NCBI GenBank assembly: GCA_944393205.1
Contig: CALXZI010000001.1
Location: 5,725 to 69,724, forward strand
Direction: 5' to 3'
DNA: 64,000 bases
From: an uncultured Alphaproteobacteria bacterium
Lineage (GTDB): Bacteria; Pseudomonadota; Alphaproteobacteria; RF32; CAG-239
Position 1 is the first letter of the stretch, and every line of letters begins with the position of its first letter. Position numbers and translations under genes: made by a program. Below, one piece after another: positions 10,987 to 21,039 of the stretch. The notes beneath the pieces were generated by a model. It was not told the origin of the DNA, ran no database searches, and saw only the letters and a program-made list of their open reading frames with translations.

Positions 10987-11715
10987 TTATGCATTTTCAG
11001 CCGGAGCAACTTCTTCGGCTTTAACTGCAACAGGTTCATCAACTTTTTTCAATCCGGCCGGCATCGGCAGCTGCACATTGGCAGTTTTTTTCACGGCATC
11101 GGTAACGCGAACCCAAGTGTTTTCAGACCCCGGAACGGCACCTTTAACCATAATCAAACCTCTGGCAGCATCAATAGCAACAACTTTAAGGTTTTGCACG
11201 GTAACCCGTTCTGAACCCATATGTCCAGCCATTTTTTTGCCTTTGAACACTTTGCCGGGATCTTGTCTATTTCCCGTAGAACCGTGAGAACGGTGCGAAA
11301 CCGAAACGCCGTGCGTGGCCTCCAAACCGGCAAAGTTGTGGCGTTTCATAGCGCCGGCAAAACCCTTACCGATAGATGTGGCACAAACATCAACATACTG
11401 CCCCGGCACAAAGTGCTCAACCGACAGTTCGTTTCCGACCGAAAGCAGACAATCTTCAGAAACTCTGAACTCACCCAACTTTTTCTTCGGTTCAACATTG
11501 GCTTTTGCAAAATGTCCCTTCATCGGCTTGGATACATTTTTAGCCTTAACAGCGCCCGTCCCTAATTGAACGGCTGTATATCCATCCTTTTCCATCGTTT
11601 TAACGGCAACAACCTTCAACCCGTCTACACTTAAAACCGTAACCGGAACATGAACGCCGTTCGCCTCAAAAATGCGGGACATTCCCAATTTTTTTGCGAT
11701 CAGACCTGTACGCAT
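10987..11715 (-). CDS. rplC: 50S ribosomal protein L3 with an alphaproteobacterial-type C-terminal extension
   Basis: [16 protein letters not shown] start, 242 aa. Confidence 0.9.
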   Translation of the reverse strand: MRTGLIAKKLGMSRIFEANGVHVPVTVLSVDGLKVVAVKTMEKDGYTAVQLGTGAVKAKNVSKPMKGHFAKANVEPKKKLGEFRVSEDCLLSVGNELSVEHFVPGQYVDVCATSIGKGFAGAMKRHNFAGLEATHGVSVSHRSHGSTGNRQDPGKVFKGKKMAGHMGSERVTVQNLKVVAIDAARGLIMVKGAVPGSENTWVRVTDAVKKTANVQLPMPAGLKKVDEPVAVKAEEVAPAENA

Positions 11716-11782
11716 TATTATTTTTTCCTTTTCTAATTGGTTGACGCCTCATATTTCAAAACGCCAACATTAAAATTTATTA

Positions 11783-12094
11783 TTACAATTTAATCTCAAC
11801 ATTTACGCCGGCGGCCAAATCAAGCTTCATTAAAGCATCAACCGTCTGCGGTGTCGGATCTACAATATCCAGAAGTCTTTTGTGAGTACGGATTTCAAAC
11901 TGCTCGCGAGATTTTTTATCAACGTGCGGCGAACGGTTCACCGTAAACTTTTCAATTCTGGTCGGCAGAGGAATAGGCCCTCTGACGTTTGCCCCCGTTC
12001 TTTTGGCTGTATGCACAATCTCTTTTGTAGAAAGATCAAGCAAACGATGATCAAAAGCCTTGAGGCGAATTCTTATATTTTGGGTTTCCATCAT
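11783..12094 (-). CDS. rpsJ: 30S ribosomal protein S10, first gene of the S10 operon
   Basis: 103 aa, [14 protein letters not shown]...PLPTR. Confidence 0.95.
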   Translation of the reverse strand: MMETQNIRIRLKAFDHRLLDLSTKEIVHTAKRTGANVRGPIPLPTRIEKFTVNRSPHVDKKSREQFEIRTHKRLLDIVDPTPQTVDALMKLDLAAGVNVEIKL

Positions 12095-12387
12095 ATTTTT
12101 ATTTTTCCCTATAACTAAACGGCAAAAGCCACCTTAACGGAACCTTGCCATTTAACTCGTTAAAACACTGACAAATCGTTCTATAGCAACGCTTTGCCCT
12201 ATATTTTATATTTAACATCACCGAGGTTTGTTAAAGACCCCGAACAAACGTTGTGAAGGGCTTATAACATAGCAAAACAAACTTTGCAAGCAAAAAATGC
12301 ACAAAAAATCAAAAAAAAGTTAACACCGCAAATCCTTGCTACGACTCTTATTGAGTCTCCCATCCGATTCACAGCATTAACCTTTTT

Positions 12388-12414
12388 GAGTCCAAAGAGT
12401 CCAATGAGTCCAAA
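12388..12414. repeat. 3x tandem 9-bp repeat GAGTCCAAW; three of the six clustered GANTC sites
   Basis: gagtccaaa gagtccaat gagtccaaa at 12388-12414. Further GANTC sites lie at 12343, 12353 and 12366. Confidence 0.8.
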
Positions 12415-12460
12415 AAACCGATGTTTCTCGTAAAAATATACCATAATATTATTTTTATTG

Positions 12461-12496
12461 CAAAACACGAAATTAAAGGTTGCATAATCTGTTTTT
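12461..12496 (+). promoter_or_regulatory. candidate sigma70-like promoter for the RHH gene (TTGCAA -17- TGCATAAT)
   Basis: ttgcaaaacacgaaattaaaggttgcataat, about 55 nt upstream of the ATG at 12551. Confidence 0.3.
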
Positions 12497-12550
12497 CTAT
12501 TATAAGTATATGCATATGTATTAATCAACTATTTGGAGAGGAACGCGCCA

Positions 12551-12844
12551 ATGACAAAGCTTGCCAACCGTGTTATTTCAATTTTTAATCGTAAAACCAG
12601 TATGCGTCTGGCCATGCCTGAATGGGATGCCGTGGATGATATTTGCCGCAGAGAAAACATTAAACGCAAACGGCTTTTTGAAATCATTGAAAACAACAAA
12701 GATCCCAAACTCGGTTTCACCTGTTCGGTACGCCTGTTTGCCATCACCTATATGCACAAACACCTGCCCAACTATCTTCCGAAACAGAAAAACGGCAAAA
12801 ACAATTATGAAGATATTTTTGAAACCATAAAATTTATGTCTTAA
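12551..12844 (+). CDS. ribbon-helix-helix (RHH_4-like) small protein
   Basis: Start at MTKLANR with a GGAGAGG RBS. The pattern S.RL...W.A...IC..E......L...I........L.SA.R.F.L matches the alphaproteobacterial RHH_4 family. Confidence 0.45.
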   Translation: MTKLANRVISIFNRKTSMRLAMPEWDAVDDICRRENIKRKRLFEIIENNKDPKLGFTCSVRLFAITYMHKHLPNYLPKQKNGKNNYEDIFETIKFMS

Positions 12845-12884
12845 CTCTTTAAATTGGCGAATCTGCGCATATATAGTACAATTA

Positions 12885-13343
12885 ATGAGGTTTATGATGA
12901 TAAGAGCAGTCACGTTAATGATTTTATATGCTTTTCCGGCGTTTGCCGAAACGCCCACAATTGTATACGGTGCCGCTGATACCGCCACAGGAAGCCAAAA
13001 TCAGTTTACGGTCGTCCAACCTGAAAATGCGCCCAATCCGCTGGGCAATCCAATCATAACCGTTCCCGATACGGCCACTGCTCATATGCCGCCACAGCCA
13101 ACGCCTGTAAATTCGGCAACGGAATCTGACCAAGCCGCGCCCTCTGATGCCATAAACCAAAGCGCCCTGCAAAATCCCGCACCTTTTTCAGAAAATCCCG
13201 AACAAGAGCAAAACCAAATCCAAAACACACTTTATCAAGGCGGCGACCGAATATACGATGTGCAGTCATTTCCAATAAACGATATTAAAACCATTACCGA
13301 ACCGAACATTCAGCCAACAATTACCACCTACCCTGAATATTGA
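12885..13343 (+). CDS. secreted Pro/Thr/Gln-rich hypothetical protein
   Basis: N-terminal signal peptide (MMIRAVTLMILYAFPAFA) followed by a low-complexity P/T/Q/N-rich body. Confidence 0.5.
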   Translation: MRFMMIRAVTLMILYAFPAFAETPTIVYGAADTATGSQNQFTVVQPENAPNPLGNPIITVPDTATAHMPPQPTPVNSATESDQAAPSDAINQSALQNPAPFSENPEQEQNQIQNTLYQGGDRIYDVQSFPINDIKTITEPNIQPTITTYPEY

Positions 13344-13352
13344 CACATACCG

Positions 13353-14099
13353 CTAAAGGCGTTCGTACTCAAAAAACACCGGCTTACGCCCTTCACGTAT
13401 TGCCTTTTTCTGGTACTTGGTCTCAACCCAATCTGCCGGCGGATTGCGCCAATCATCTGATTTTTTGGCCGTCCACGCAAAATCAGCATTATCACGCATT
13501 GTGTGCAAAACCCAATTTTTATATACTTTATGGTCGGTGGCAATTTGCAAAATACCGCCCGAACGTATAATTCGCGCCAGCTCTTTCAAATTTTCCGGAT
13601 TAACAAAACGTCGGGCGGCATGTCTTTTCTTTGGCCATGGATCAGGAAACAACAAATAAACCTTATCTATAAAACCATCGGGAATTTGCGGAAACAACAA
13701 TCGGGCATCATCATCAAAAACGCGTACATTATCACACCGTTCCGGCATAAGACAAATATTATCCGGAATATGATTGCCTTCCTTAACGCCTGTCAGTAAA
13801 TTAAGCAAATTAGCAACGCCGTTTTGAAAAACCTCAATCCCGATAAAGCCAACATTGGGTTTCATTAACGATAAACCGGCCAAATGCGCTCCATCGCCGA
13901 AACCAATTTCCAGACGTACTTCTTCAACCGGCTCGCCGAACATATTTCTTTTATCAAAAATCGTGTCCGATCCTATCCTGATTTTAGGTAAAAATTCTGC
14001 CAACAATGTACTTTTAGTCCGATGTAACACACGGCCTTTTCTTCTCCCGAAAAATTTCGGCGCGCTTTTCTGATTGATCAAAATTTGTGTTTGCTGCAT
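13353..14099 (-). CDS. trmB: tRNA (guanine-N7)-methyltransferase
   Basis: 248 aa, SAM-MTase motifs (IEIGFGDGAHL, LLFPDPWPKKRH). Confidence 0.8.
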   Translation of the reverse strand: MQQTQILINQKSAPKFFGRRKGRVLHRTKSTLLAEFLPKIRIGSDTIFDKRNMFGEPVEEVRLEIGFGDGAHLAGLSLMKPNVGFIGIEVFQNGVANLLNLLTGVKEGNHIPDNICLMPERCDNVRVFDDDARLLFPQIPDGFIDKVYLLFPDPWPKKRHAARRFVNPENLKELARIIRSGGILQIATDHKVYKNWVLHTMRDNADFAWTAKKSDDWRNPPADWVETKYQKKAIREGRKPVFFEYERL

Positions 14100-14163
14100 A
14101 AAAAAATTCCCGTTTTATACGATACGGGAATTTTTTATCTTAAAAATGACAAATAATCAAGAA

Positions 14164-14655
14164 TTATTCATCAGCCATCGTTGAATTTGATTTTGACATA
14201 CTGACAATCAAATCAAACAAATTTTTAGCGATTTTCCGATTTGAAATCCGATAATATGCCCGAACAAGTTCCAATGTTTCTTCTCTTTTCATCGGATCCA
14301 AATCCATATCATCAACATCTTCCGACAACATGCTGGCTTCTTCATTATCCGGCATCATCAACATCATCGGGCTTTGGCTCTCAACCGATTTATCCATATC
14401 TTCAAAAAAGAAGTCCATCGGTACTTTCAAAACCCTGCTGATATCCCACAACCGGCTGGCTCCAACGCGATTGCAACCTTTCTCATATTTCTGTACTTGT
14501 TGAAAAGTCAGCCCAAGTTTACGTGCCATAAACTGTTGGCTATATCCTAAAATGGTTCTCCGCAAACGAATTCTATTGCCGACATGAACATCCACCGGAT
14601 TAGGCACGCCGTCGGCCACTCTCCCGCGAATTGATTTTCCTTTTTTTAGTTCCAT
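14164..14655 (-). CDS. XRE-family helix-turn-helix protein
   Basis: HTH region RIRLRRTILGYSQQFMARKLGLTFQQVQKYEKG. Start set at the internal MELKKG with a GGGGGA RBS. Confidence 0.7.
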   Translation of the reverse strand: MELKKGKSIRGRVADGVPNPVDVHVGNRIRLRRTILGYSQQFMARKLGLTFQQVQKYEKGCNRVGASRLWDISRVLKVPMDFFFEDMDKSVESQSPMMLMMPDNEEASMLSEDVDDMDLDPMKREETLELVRAYYRISNRKIAKNLFDLIVSMSKSNSTMADE

Positions 14656-14714
14656 AGTTCCATAGTCCCCCATAAAATATAATATAATTATAAATAAACG
14701 ATTATACACAAAAG

Positions 14715-16256
14715 TCAACTATTTTTTGTACTTAAGATTTTATTCAACTTTTTATATGTTGCCAAAAAACACAAAATCAAGCACATAACCATCACGACGG
14801 TCGTGCTTCTGCATTGGGCATAAAATGTCGGAACACTTAAGTAATGCGGCAATCTGACATCTAAAATTCCGCGCTCGTTCAAAGGCAGGCCGGCCACGAT
14901 TTGTCCGAGCGGATTAACAACCGCGCTGATGCCGGAATTAGCGCTGCGTACCACCGTAATACCTTCTTCAACCGCGCGCATTTGTGCCGCCGCCAAGTGT
15001 TGGTGCGGACCGGCGCTGTCACCGTACCAACCGTCATTGCTTAACACCACCAACCAAGAGGGACGCTCGTTTGGATTGACCACTTCGCTTGGAAATATAA
15101 TCTCATAACAAATCAACGCTCCAAAAGCCGGATAATCATTAATTTTAATGTTTTTATATTTTTTACCGCTACCGAAATCCGCCATATTCGCCGCCACCGG
15201 TTTTATCCATTCCGGCAGATATTTCCGCAACGGAACATATTCTCCAAACGGAACCAAATGGCTCTTATCGTACACACCTTCCACCCCGCCTTCTTCATTA
15301 AAGACATATAACGAATTATATGCTTTTTCGCCATCAAAACGCACCATACCGCCAATCAGATAACCTTGTGGCGGCACGGCTTCTTTTAATTGTTGCAAAT
15401 GTCGCCAATCCCGATCCAAATCAAACGGTATTGCTGTTTCGCCCCAGATAACAAAATCAACATTCGTCAACGGTTTTTGTCGGCTCATCTCAATATAAGC
15501 AGCAAAATTTTCTTCCAATGCTTGTCTGTTCCATTTCATCTGTTGCGGAATGGCCGGTTGCACCAACCGTACGGTAATTTCACCGGCATAAGGCTTATAT
15601 TGCCCAATGCGCCACACACCGAACCCCATCATAAATAATAACATTGCAAAAAAAACGACTGCACCGCGTTTTTGCCCGTAACAACACGCATACAAACTAC
15701 CGGCCAAGCAAACCACCAAAAAGCTCAAGCCATAAACGCCCCATAGGCTTGCCGTCTGCATCCAAACCGGATGAAAAGCAAAAACCGAACCTAGCGGATT
15801 CCAAGGGAAACCGGTTAAAATAAAACTTCTGACCCATTCCATCAACACCCACGTCGCAGCAAAAGCAACTATTTTATGCCATATGCCCAAAGCCGAAAAT
15901 TTATGCCAGACCATAAACGGCACAATCGTAAACAGACCAAAAAAAGCACCGGCGCCGAACAATGCGAACGGATAAAGCCAGCCAAACGTCGCCGCATCAA
16001 TCAACAGCGCATTGCCAATCCAATAAAAACCGGCAGCAAACATACCAAAACCATACCAATAACCAACAGCCGCGACTTGCCGCAGATTTTGTATTTTATC
16101 AATTAAAACAAACGCCGCAAGCAATGAACACAACGTCACGAGCACGGCATAACTCGGCGCAAACCCGAATGCCGCCGCCAAACCAAGCACCAAAGCCGTT
16201 GTCTTGCGATGCTTAATAAAAAAATTTTCTTTTTTTTCTGCCGCTTGCTCTACCAC
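14715..16256 (-). CDS. lnt: apolipoprotein N-acyltransferase
   Basis: 513 aa, N-terminal multi-TM domain plus a C-terminal nitrilase-like CN hydrolase domain (VIWGETAIPF). Confidence 0.85.
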   Translation of the reverse strand: MVEQAAEKKENFFIKHRKTTALVLGLAAAFGFAPSYAVLVTLCSLLAAFVLIDKIQNLRQVAAVGYWYGFGMFAAGFYWIGNALLIDAATFGWLYPFALFGAGAFFGLFTIVPFMVWHKFSALGIWHKIVAFAATWVLMEWVRSFILTGFPWNPLGSVFAFHPVWMQTASLWGVYGLSFLVVCLAGSLYACCYGQKRGAVVFFAMLLFMMGFGVWRIGQYKPYAGEITVRLVQPAIPQQMKWNRQALEENFAAYIEMSRQKPLTNVDFVIWGETAIPFDLDRDWRHLQQLKEAVPPQGYLIGGMVRFDGEKAYNSLYVFNEEGGVEGVYDKSHLVPFGEYVPLRKYLPEWIKPVAANMADFGSGKKYKNIKINDYPAFGALICYEIIFPSEVVNPNERPSWLVVLSNDGWYGDSAGPHQHLAAAQMRAVEEGITVVRSANSGISAVVNPLGQIVAGLPLNERGILDVRLPHYLSVPTFYAQCRSTTVVMVMCLILCFLATYKKLNKILSTKNS

Positions 16257-16259
16257 CGC

Positions 16260-16772
16260 TTACTCCCGATACGGATTATCAATTCCCAGTTCCGCCAAAA
16301 CGTCAATTTCTCTGGCCTCCATTTCCGCCGCTTCATCCGGCATTATATGGTCATAACCCAAAATATGCAAAAGCCCATGCGCCCACAGGTGACAAAAATG
16401 ATCATGCAGGGAAACACCTTGTTCTTCAGCTTCCCGCTCCATGGTTTCAAACGCCACGATGATATCACCCAATTCTACAAAATCTTCATACGTCAAAACA
16501 TCATCAAAATCCGGATCATCAAGATTGGCAAAAGAAAGCACATTCGTCGGCTTGTCCATGCGCCGAAATTCCATATTAAGCTTATGCACCGCCGTATCGT
16601 TGCTCAAACAAAGATTAACACCAAAAGTTTTAGGCAGTGCCAAAAAATCAACCTCGCCTTCCACTCTTTTAAACACGGCCTCTTTGACCCGTTCAACAAC
16701 GGCAGCGATGTTCTCCACCGCCGCCGTCCATTTTGCCTCTTCAATATCAACAAATACTTTAATCTTTGTCAT
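16260..16772 (-). CDS. ybeY: endoribonuclease YbeY
   Basis: HxxxHxxGxxH zinc motif (HLWAHGLLHILGYDH). Start set at the internal MTKIKVF. Confidence 0.85.
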   Translation of the reverse strand: MTKIKVFVDIEEAKWTAAVENIAAVVERVKEAVFKRVEGEVDFLALPKTFGVNLCLSNDTAVHKLNMEFRRMDKPTNVLSFANLDDPDFDDVLTYEDFVELGDIIVAFETMEREAEEQGVSLHDHFCHLWAHGLLHILGYDHIMPDEAAEMEAREIDVLAELGIDNPYRE

Positions 16773-17730
16773 TTTCCTGCAACTTTTTGCTTTTTTCTTC
16801 ATAAGCTTTAACGATTTTAGCCACCAAACCATGACGCACAACATCAGCCGCACTGAACGTAACAGCGCTGATATTGCTGATATTCTTCAAGGTATCCAAC
16901 GCATCGCGCAGACCGGAAATCGTGCCGCGCGGCAAGTCAACTTGACTTAAATCACCGTTGACCACCATGCGTGAATTTTCACCCAGTCGGGTCAAAAACA
17001 TCTTCATCTGCATCGGTGTGGTGTTTTGCGCCTCATCCAAAATCACAAAAGCGTTAGATAACGTCCGACCACGCATAAACGCCAACGGCGCGATTTCAAT
17101 TTCGCCCAGCGCCAGTTTTTTATCTACCTGTTCAGCTGGCAACATCTCATACAAAGCGTCATACAACGGGCGCAAATACGGATCAACTTTTTCTTTCAAA
17201 TCCCCCGGCAAAAAGCCCAAATTTTCACCGGCTTCTACTGCCGGACGCGATAAGATGATTTTGTCAACCGCGCCTTCCAGCATCATGGAAACCGCTAAAG
17301 CCACCGCCAAATAAGTTTTACCTGTACCGGCAGGGCCGAGGCCGAACACCAACTCATTTTTCATCATTTCCTGAATATACTTGGCTTGTGTCGCCGAACG
17401 TGGATAAATATACCGTTTTTTGGTTTTCAAAACGATTTCATTTAAATTTTGCACTTCTTCATCATTGTGACAATCGCTGCAAATTCGTACGGCCGCTTTG
17501 ACCTCCTGCTCGCCGATTTCAATATTCTTGCTGACCTTGTCATACAAAACATTAATAGCGGCCTTGGCCTCTTCGGTCTCTTTGGGACTGCCTTTAATCG
17601 TAATCTGATTGCCAAAGCTCAAAATTTCCACATTAAGCATTTTCTCAATCAATCGCAAGTTGGCATCCGAAACACCGACCAGCTTTTGCACCAATTGATT
17701 ATTAAAAAGTTCCAATTCAATTTCAGCCAT
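16759..17730 (-). CDS. ybeZ: PhoH-like ATPase (YbeZ)
   Basis: Walker A motif GPAGTGKT, 323 aa, between miaB and ybeY. Confidence 0.85.
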   Translation of the reverse strand: MAEIELELFNNQLVQKLVGVSDANLRLIEKMLNVEILSFGNQITIKGSPKETEEAKAAINVLYDKVSKNIEIGEQEVKAAVRICSDCHNDEEVQNLNEIVLKTKKRYIYPRSATQAKYIQEMMKNELVFGLGPAGTGKTYLAVALAVSMMLEGAVDKIILSRPAVEAGENLGFLPGDLKEKVDPYLRPLYDALYEMLPAEQVDKKLALGEIEIAPLAFMRGRTLSNAFVILDEAQNTTPMQMKMFLTRLGENSRMVVNGDLSQVDLPRGTISGLRDALDTLKNISNISAVTFSAADVVRHGLVAKIVKAYEEKSKKLQENDKD

Positions 17731-19061
17731 TATAATACCTCTCCGCTTAAAGAATTTGTCGTTGCGTCCGTAACCCGAACTTCAACAATTTTATTTAATA
17801 TATTTTCATCGGCTTTCGCATGCAGATTCTGCATATACGGCGTCCGACCGATAAGTTGTCCGTTGTGCCGTCCTTTTTGTTCAAACAGCACCTCAAAAGC
17901 CTTTCCGATGCAAGCCTCGTTAAATTTTGTTTGATAATCAAACAACAGCTTTTGCAAAATATCCAAACGCTCTTTTTTAACCTTTTCTTCCACCTGTGCC
18001 GGCATCACGGCCGCCGGCGTTCCCGGCCGACGACTATATTTAAAAGAAAAAGCTTGAATATATTTAACTTCATTGACCAAACTCAAGGTTTGTTCAAAAT
18101 CTGCATCCGTTTCCCCCGGAAAGCCGACAATAAAATCCGATGAAAAACGCAGCTTGTCATTAGCTTTTTGCAATTTTTCAATCACCTCAAGATATTGCCT
18201 GCGGTCATGGCGACGGTTCATCGCCTTCAAAATTTTATCCGAACCGGACTGCACCGGCAAATGCAAATACGGCATCAATGCCTGCAAATCCCGATGACAG
18301 GCGATTAAATCATCATCAACATCGGCTGGATAAGAGGTCGTATAGCGCAACCGTTTCAAACCATCCAATTCAGCTATTTTTTGCAAAAGATAGGCCAAAT
18401 TCCGTTCTTTGCCGGATTCGTCTTCTCCATGATATGAATTAACATTTTGCCCCAACAGATTGATTTCCAAGGTACCGGTCGCCAGCAAGCGCTTTGCTTC
18501 CGCCACCACTTCCGCCACCGGCCGTGAATATTCCGCACCGCGGGTATAAGGCACCACGCAATAAGTGCAAAAATTGTTGCAACCTTCCTGCACCGCCAAA
18601 AAAGAACATCCGCCCTCGGCGCGGTTTTCAGGCAAAAAATCAAACTTTGCTTCAGCCGGAAAATCCGTATCTATTAATGTTGTTCCCCGCTCACGGCTGA
18701 TTTTTGCCAACATCTCCGGCAAGCGATGATATGTCAACGGCCCGAGAGCAAAATCAACATACGGCGCCCGTTTGGCAATTTCTTCATCTTCGGCCTGCAC
18801 CACACAGCCGGCAACACCGATGATTGTATCCAACCCTTTTTCAGCACGCTCTTGCTTAATTAAATACGCGCGTCCCAAATCGGAAAAAACTTTTTCTGCG
18901 GCTTTTTCCCGAATATGACAGGTGTTAAACAACACCAAATCCGCTTCGGTCTGATTTTTTGCCGGCGTGTATCCAAAATTTTCCAACATAACCGCCATTC
19001 GGTGTGAATCATAAACATTCATCTGGCAGCCAAAAGTTTTGATAAAATATTTTTTAGACAT
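17730..19061 (-). CDS. miaB: tRNA-2-methylthio-N6-dimethylallyladenosine synthase
   Basis: MSKKYFIKTFGCQMNVYDS start, radical-SAM CxxxCxxC (CNNFCTYC), 443 aa. Confidence 0.9.
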   Translation of the reverse strand: MSKKYFIKTFGCQMNVYDSHRMAVMLENFGYTPAKNQTEADLVLFNTCHIREKAAEKVFSDLGRAYLIKQERAEKGLDTIIGVAGCVVQAEDEEIAKRAPYVDFALGPLTYHRLPEMLAKISRERGTTLIDTDFPAEAKFDFLPENRAEGGCSFLAVQEGCNNFCTYCVVPYTRGAEYSRPVAEVVAEAKRLLATGTLEINLLGQNVNSYHGEDESGKERNLAYLLQKIAELDGLKRLRYTTSYPADVDDDLIACHRDLQALMPYLHLPVQSGSDKILKAMNRRHDRRQYLEVIEKLQKANDKLRFSSDFIVGFPGETDADFEQTLSLVNEVKYIQAFSFKYSRRPGTPAAVMPAQVEEKVKKERLDILQKLLFDYQTKFNEACIGKAFEVLFEQKGRHNGQLIGRTPYMQNLHAKADENILNKIVEVRVTDATTNSLSGEVL

Positions 19062-19223
19062 GCTTCTTTCTTTTTAACTTCATTTAATTTTTTATTATGC
19101 TATGCCAATCCTTAATATTTTTCAAACACTTTTTTAATTTTGCCGGCAATATCAAAAACTCTCTTTTTCTATTGAAAAAAACATAAATTTCTTTATGATG
19201 TGAATATTAAAAGGAGAAAAGAT

Positions 19224-19661
19224 ATGACTTACACTGAAAGCCTTAAGAACAACAGTCATTTTCTAAATTTAAATGAAGAACAAAAAATTATCTTTCTAAA
19301 AGCATTGGCCTATATGGCAAAAATTGATGGCCGCCTTAATGAGGATGAAATTAAATACATTAAAGACATTGCCGCCGAGTACCAAATTTCCCAATCTACC
19401 GAAATTTTTGATTTTAAAGAGGAAGAATTTTTCAATCAGATAAAAAAACTTAACAACCGCCGCATTTGTCTTGAACTTATCAAAGAACTATGTTTTCTGG
19501 GTCATTCCGACAGCGATTTATCCGATGAAGAGGTTTTGTTTATCGGCAAAATCGGCGCTGCCATGAACATCGGGCTTGAAAAAATAGAACAAATCAGCAA
19601 CTGGGTCGTTGATAAAATCATCTGGGAAGAACAGGGAAAACTTATTTTTGAGGAAGCTTAA
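19224..19661 (+). CDS. TerB-like domain protein
   Basis: Start at MTYTESL with an AAGGAG RBS. Two TerB-like segments (LAYMAKIDGRLNEDEIKYIKDIA and LCFLGHSDSDLSDEEVLFIGKIGAAM). Confidence 0.4.
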   Translation: MTYTESLKNNSHFLNLNEEQKIIFLKALAYMAKIDGRLNEDEIKYIKDIAAEYQISQSTEIFDFKEEEFFNQIKKLNNRRICLELIKELCFLGHSDSDLSDEEVLFIGKIGAAMNIGLEKIEQISNWVVDKIIWEEQGKLIFEEA

Positions 19662-19681
19662 CCCGCCAACGGAGAAAATTT

Positions 19682-20698
19682 ATGGACACAAACGTAACAA
19701 ACACGGAAGAAACCGCTAAAAAGGAAAAAGAAGCCGACATCATTAAACGCGCATTGCTTTCTACATACAAGGATCTTAATGAAAAAGCCTTGCGTCGGAC
19801 TACAAGAGAAACTGTTTTTGCGCCGCAAGACCGTCAAATAAAAATAGGCGGTCGCAAAATTTCCGCCTCCGATTTACGTTACGAAGTTGCCGACACGATT
19901 GAAAAATTGGGTAATTCTAAAAATGTCTCGGAAATTCAGGAAAACGTTTCACACGCAGAAGATCTCCAATCTATGTTAGCGCAAAGCATGGAAAGCATCA
20001 ACAGCGAAACCTCGTCTTCCCAAGAATATTTTCGCTGGCTTGACGAAACAACCGATATCTTAAAAAACATGAATGACGGTTTTGTCACCGAGGAAGATTT
20101 GGAAAAAAGAAACGAATTTCTTGATTTCAGCCATCAGCGCGAAGCAGAACTTCTGGTTTGTTTAGGGCTCTATCAAAGCAGTAAAAACCCTGAAGCTCAA
20201 GAAAAAGCCAAACAAATTCGTTACAAACTGACCAAACTGCGCGAAATGCGCTCGGCCATTGAAAATCGCACCCGCAATCAAGCCGACAAAGAAGTGTCGC
20301 GCGCCGAATATGAGGCGGCAATTCCTTATTATAAATTATACCGCGGCTTGGCCAAGCTTCCTTTCGGCTATGATATTGCTTATCAAAAAAAAATCCAGTT
20401 AGGTATCAACCATGACGATGATGATGATTTAGATGAAGATTTTAATTATTATGATAATTTGCTCAATGTCATCCTTGACGGAATGGAAGAAGAAGATCGC
20501 GACTACATTTCGCGCGAATATCAGTTGGCACATGATATGGCGCGCCAACCAGAAACGCCTTCTCATTTTTCAACCAATGATACGCAAGAAATTGCTGATA
20601 AACTGCAAGAATTATCTGGACGTAAAAATACATTTCGTGTAAAGTATGATATTGTGAATGCCAAACTTAATGAAAAACTCAATGAACGTGAATATTAA
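19682..20698 (+). CDS. acidic hypothetical protein (338 aa)
   Basis: Long ORF 20 nt after the TerB-like gene. Coiled-coil/acidic composition with a D-rich stretch HDDDDDLDEDFNYYD. Confidence 0.45.
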   Translation: MDTNVTNTEETAKKEKEADIIKRALLSTYKDLNEKALRRTTRETVFAPQDRQIKIGGRKISASDLRYEVADTIEKLGNSKNVSEIQENVSHAEDLQSMLAQSMESINSETSSSQEYFRWLDETTDILKNMNDGFVTEEDLEKRNEFLDFSHQREAELLVCLGLYQSSKNPEAQEKAKQIRYKLTKLREMRSAIENRTRNQADKEVSRAEYEAAIPYYKLYRGLAKLPFGYDIAYQKKIQLGINHDDDDDLDEDFNYYDNLLNVILDGMEEEDRDYISREYQLAHDMARQPETPSHFSTNDTQEIADKLQELSGRKNTFRVKYDIVNAKLNEKLNEREY

Positions 20699-20718
20699 TT
20701 ACTATAAGGAGAAAAATT

Positions 20719-21018
20719 ATGGGTATGCTTTTGGTTCCTTTTTTTGACACACTGGCGCTGATTGTTGATATTTATTTCAAAATCGTCGTGGTTGAAATTG
20801 TGCTGTTCTGGTTGTTGCATTTCAAAATCATCACCATTACCAACAAATATGCGCAAAAATTTATGGATATTTTAAAGAAAGTTACCGAACCGGTATATAA
20901 AAAAGTTCGGGAAAAAATCCCGCCGTTTGCTGACTTTGACGCTTCACCGTTCATTGTTTTGCTCGTGTTGTTCTTTATTGCGCGTCTGATTTTTGTATTA
21001 AGGGAAATGGCCTTGTAA
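20719..21018 (+). CDS. yggT: YggT-family membrane protein
   Basis: 99 aa, two hydrophobic segments, followed by a YggU-like gene. Confidence 0.55.
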   Translation: MGMLLVPFFDTLALIVDIYFKIVVVEIVLFWLLHFKIITITNKYAQKFMDILKKVTEPVYKKVREKIPPFADFDASPFIVLLVLFFIARLIFVLREMAL

Positions 21019-21039
21019 GCAACCGGACACAAACAACTT

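Noticed and set aside
12388-12414. Short direct repeats considered as a possible CRISPR array
   Set aside because: There are only three 9-bp units with no spacers and no cas genes, so this is not a CRISPR.
12095-12530. Searched the large rpsJ-upstream intergenic region, and other gaps at 46554-46634 and 61829-62194, for tRNA, tmRNA, RNase P and SRP RNA signatures
   Set aside because: No T-loop GGTTCGAATCC-like motifs or conserved RNase P/tmRNA/4.5S boxes were found by eye. Absence is not proof without tRNAscan/Infernal.
14715-16256. Considered whether lnt is fused or frameshifted because it overlaps both neighbours
   Set aside because: The 4-bp overlaps are ordinary operon junctions. The ORF is continuous and full length at 513 aa.
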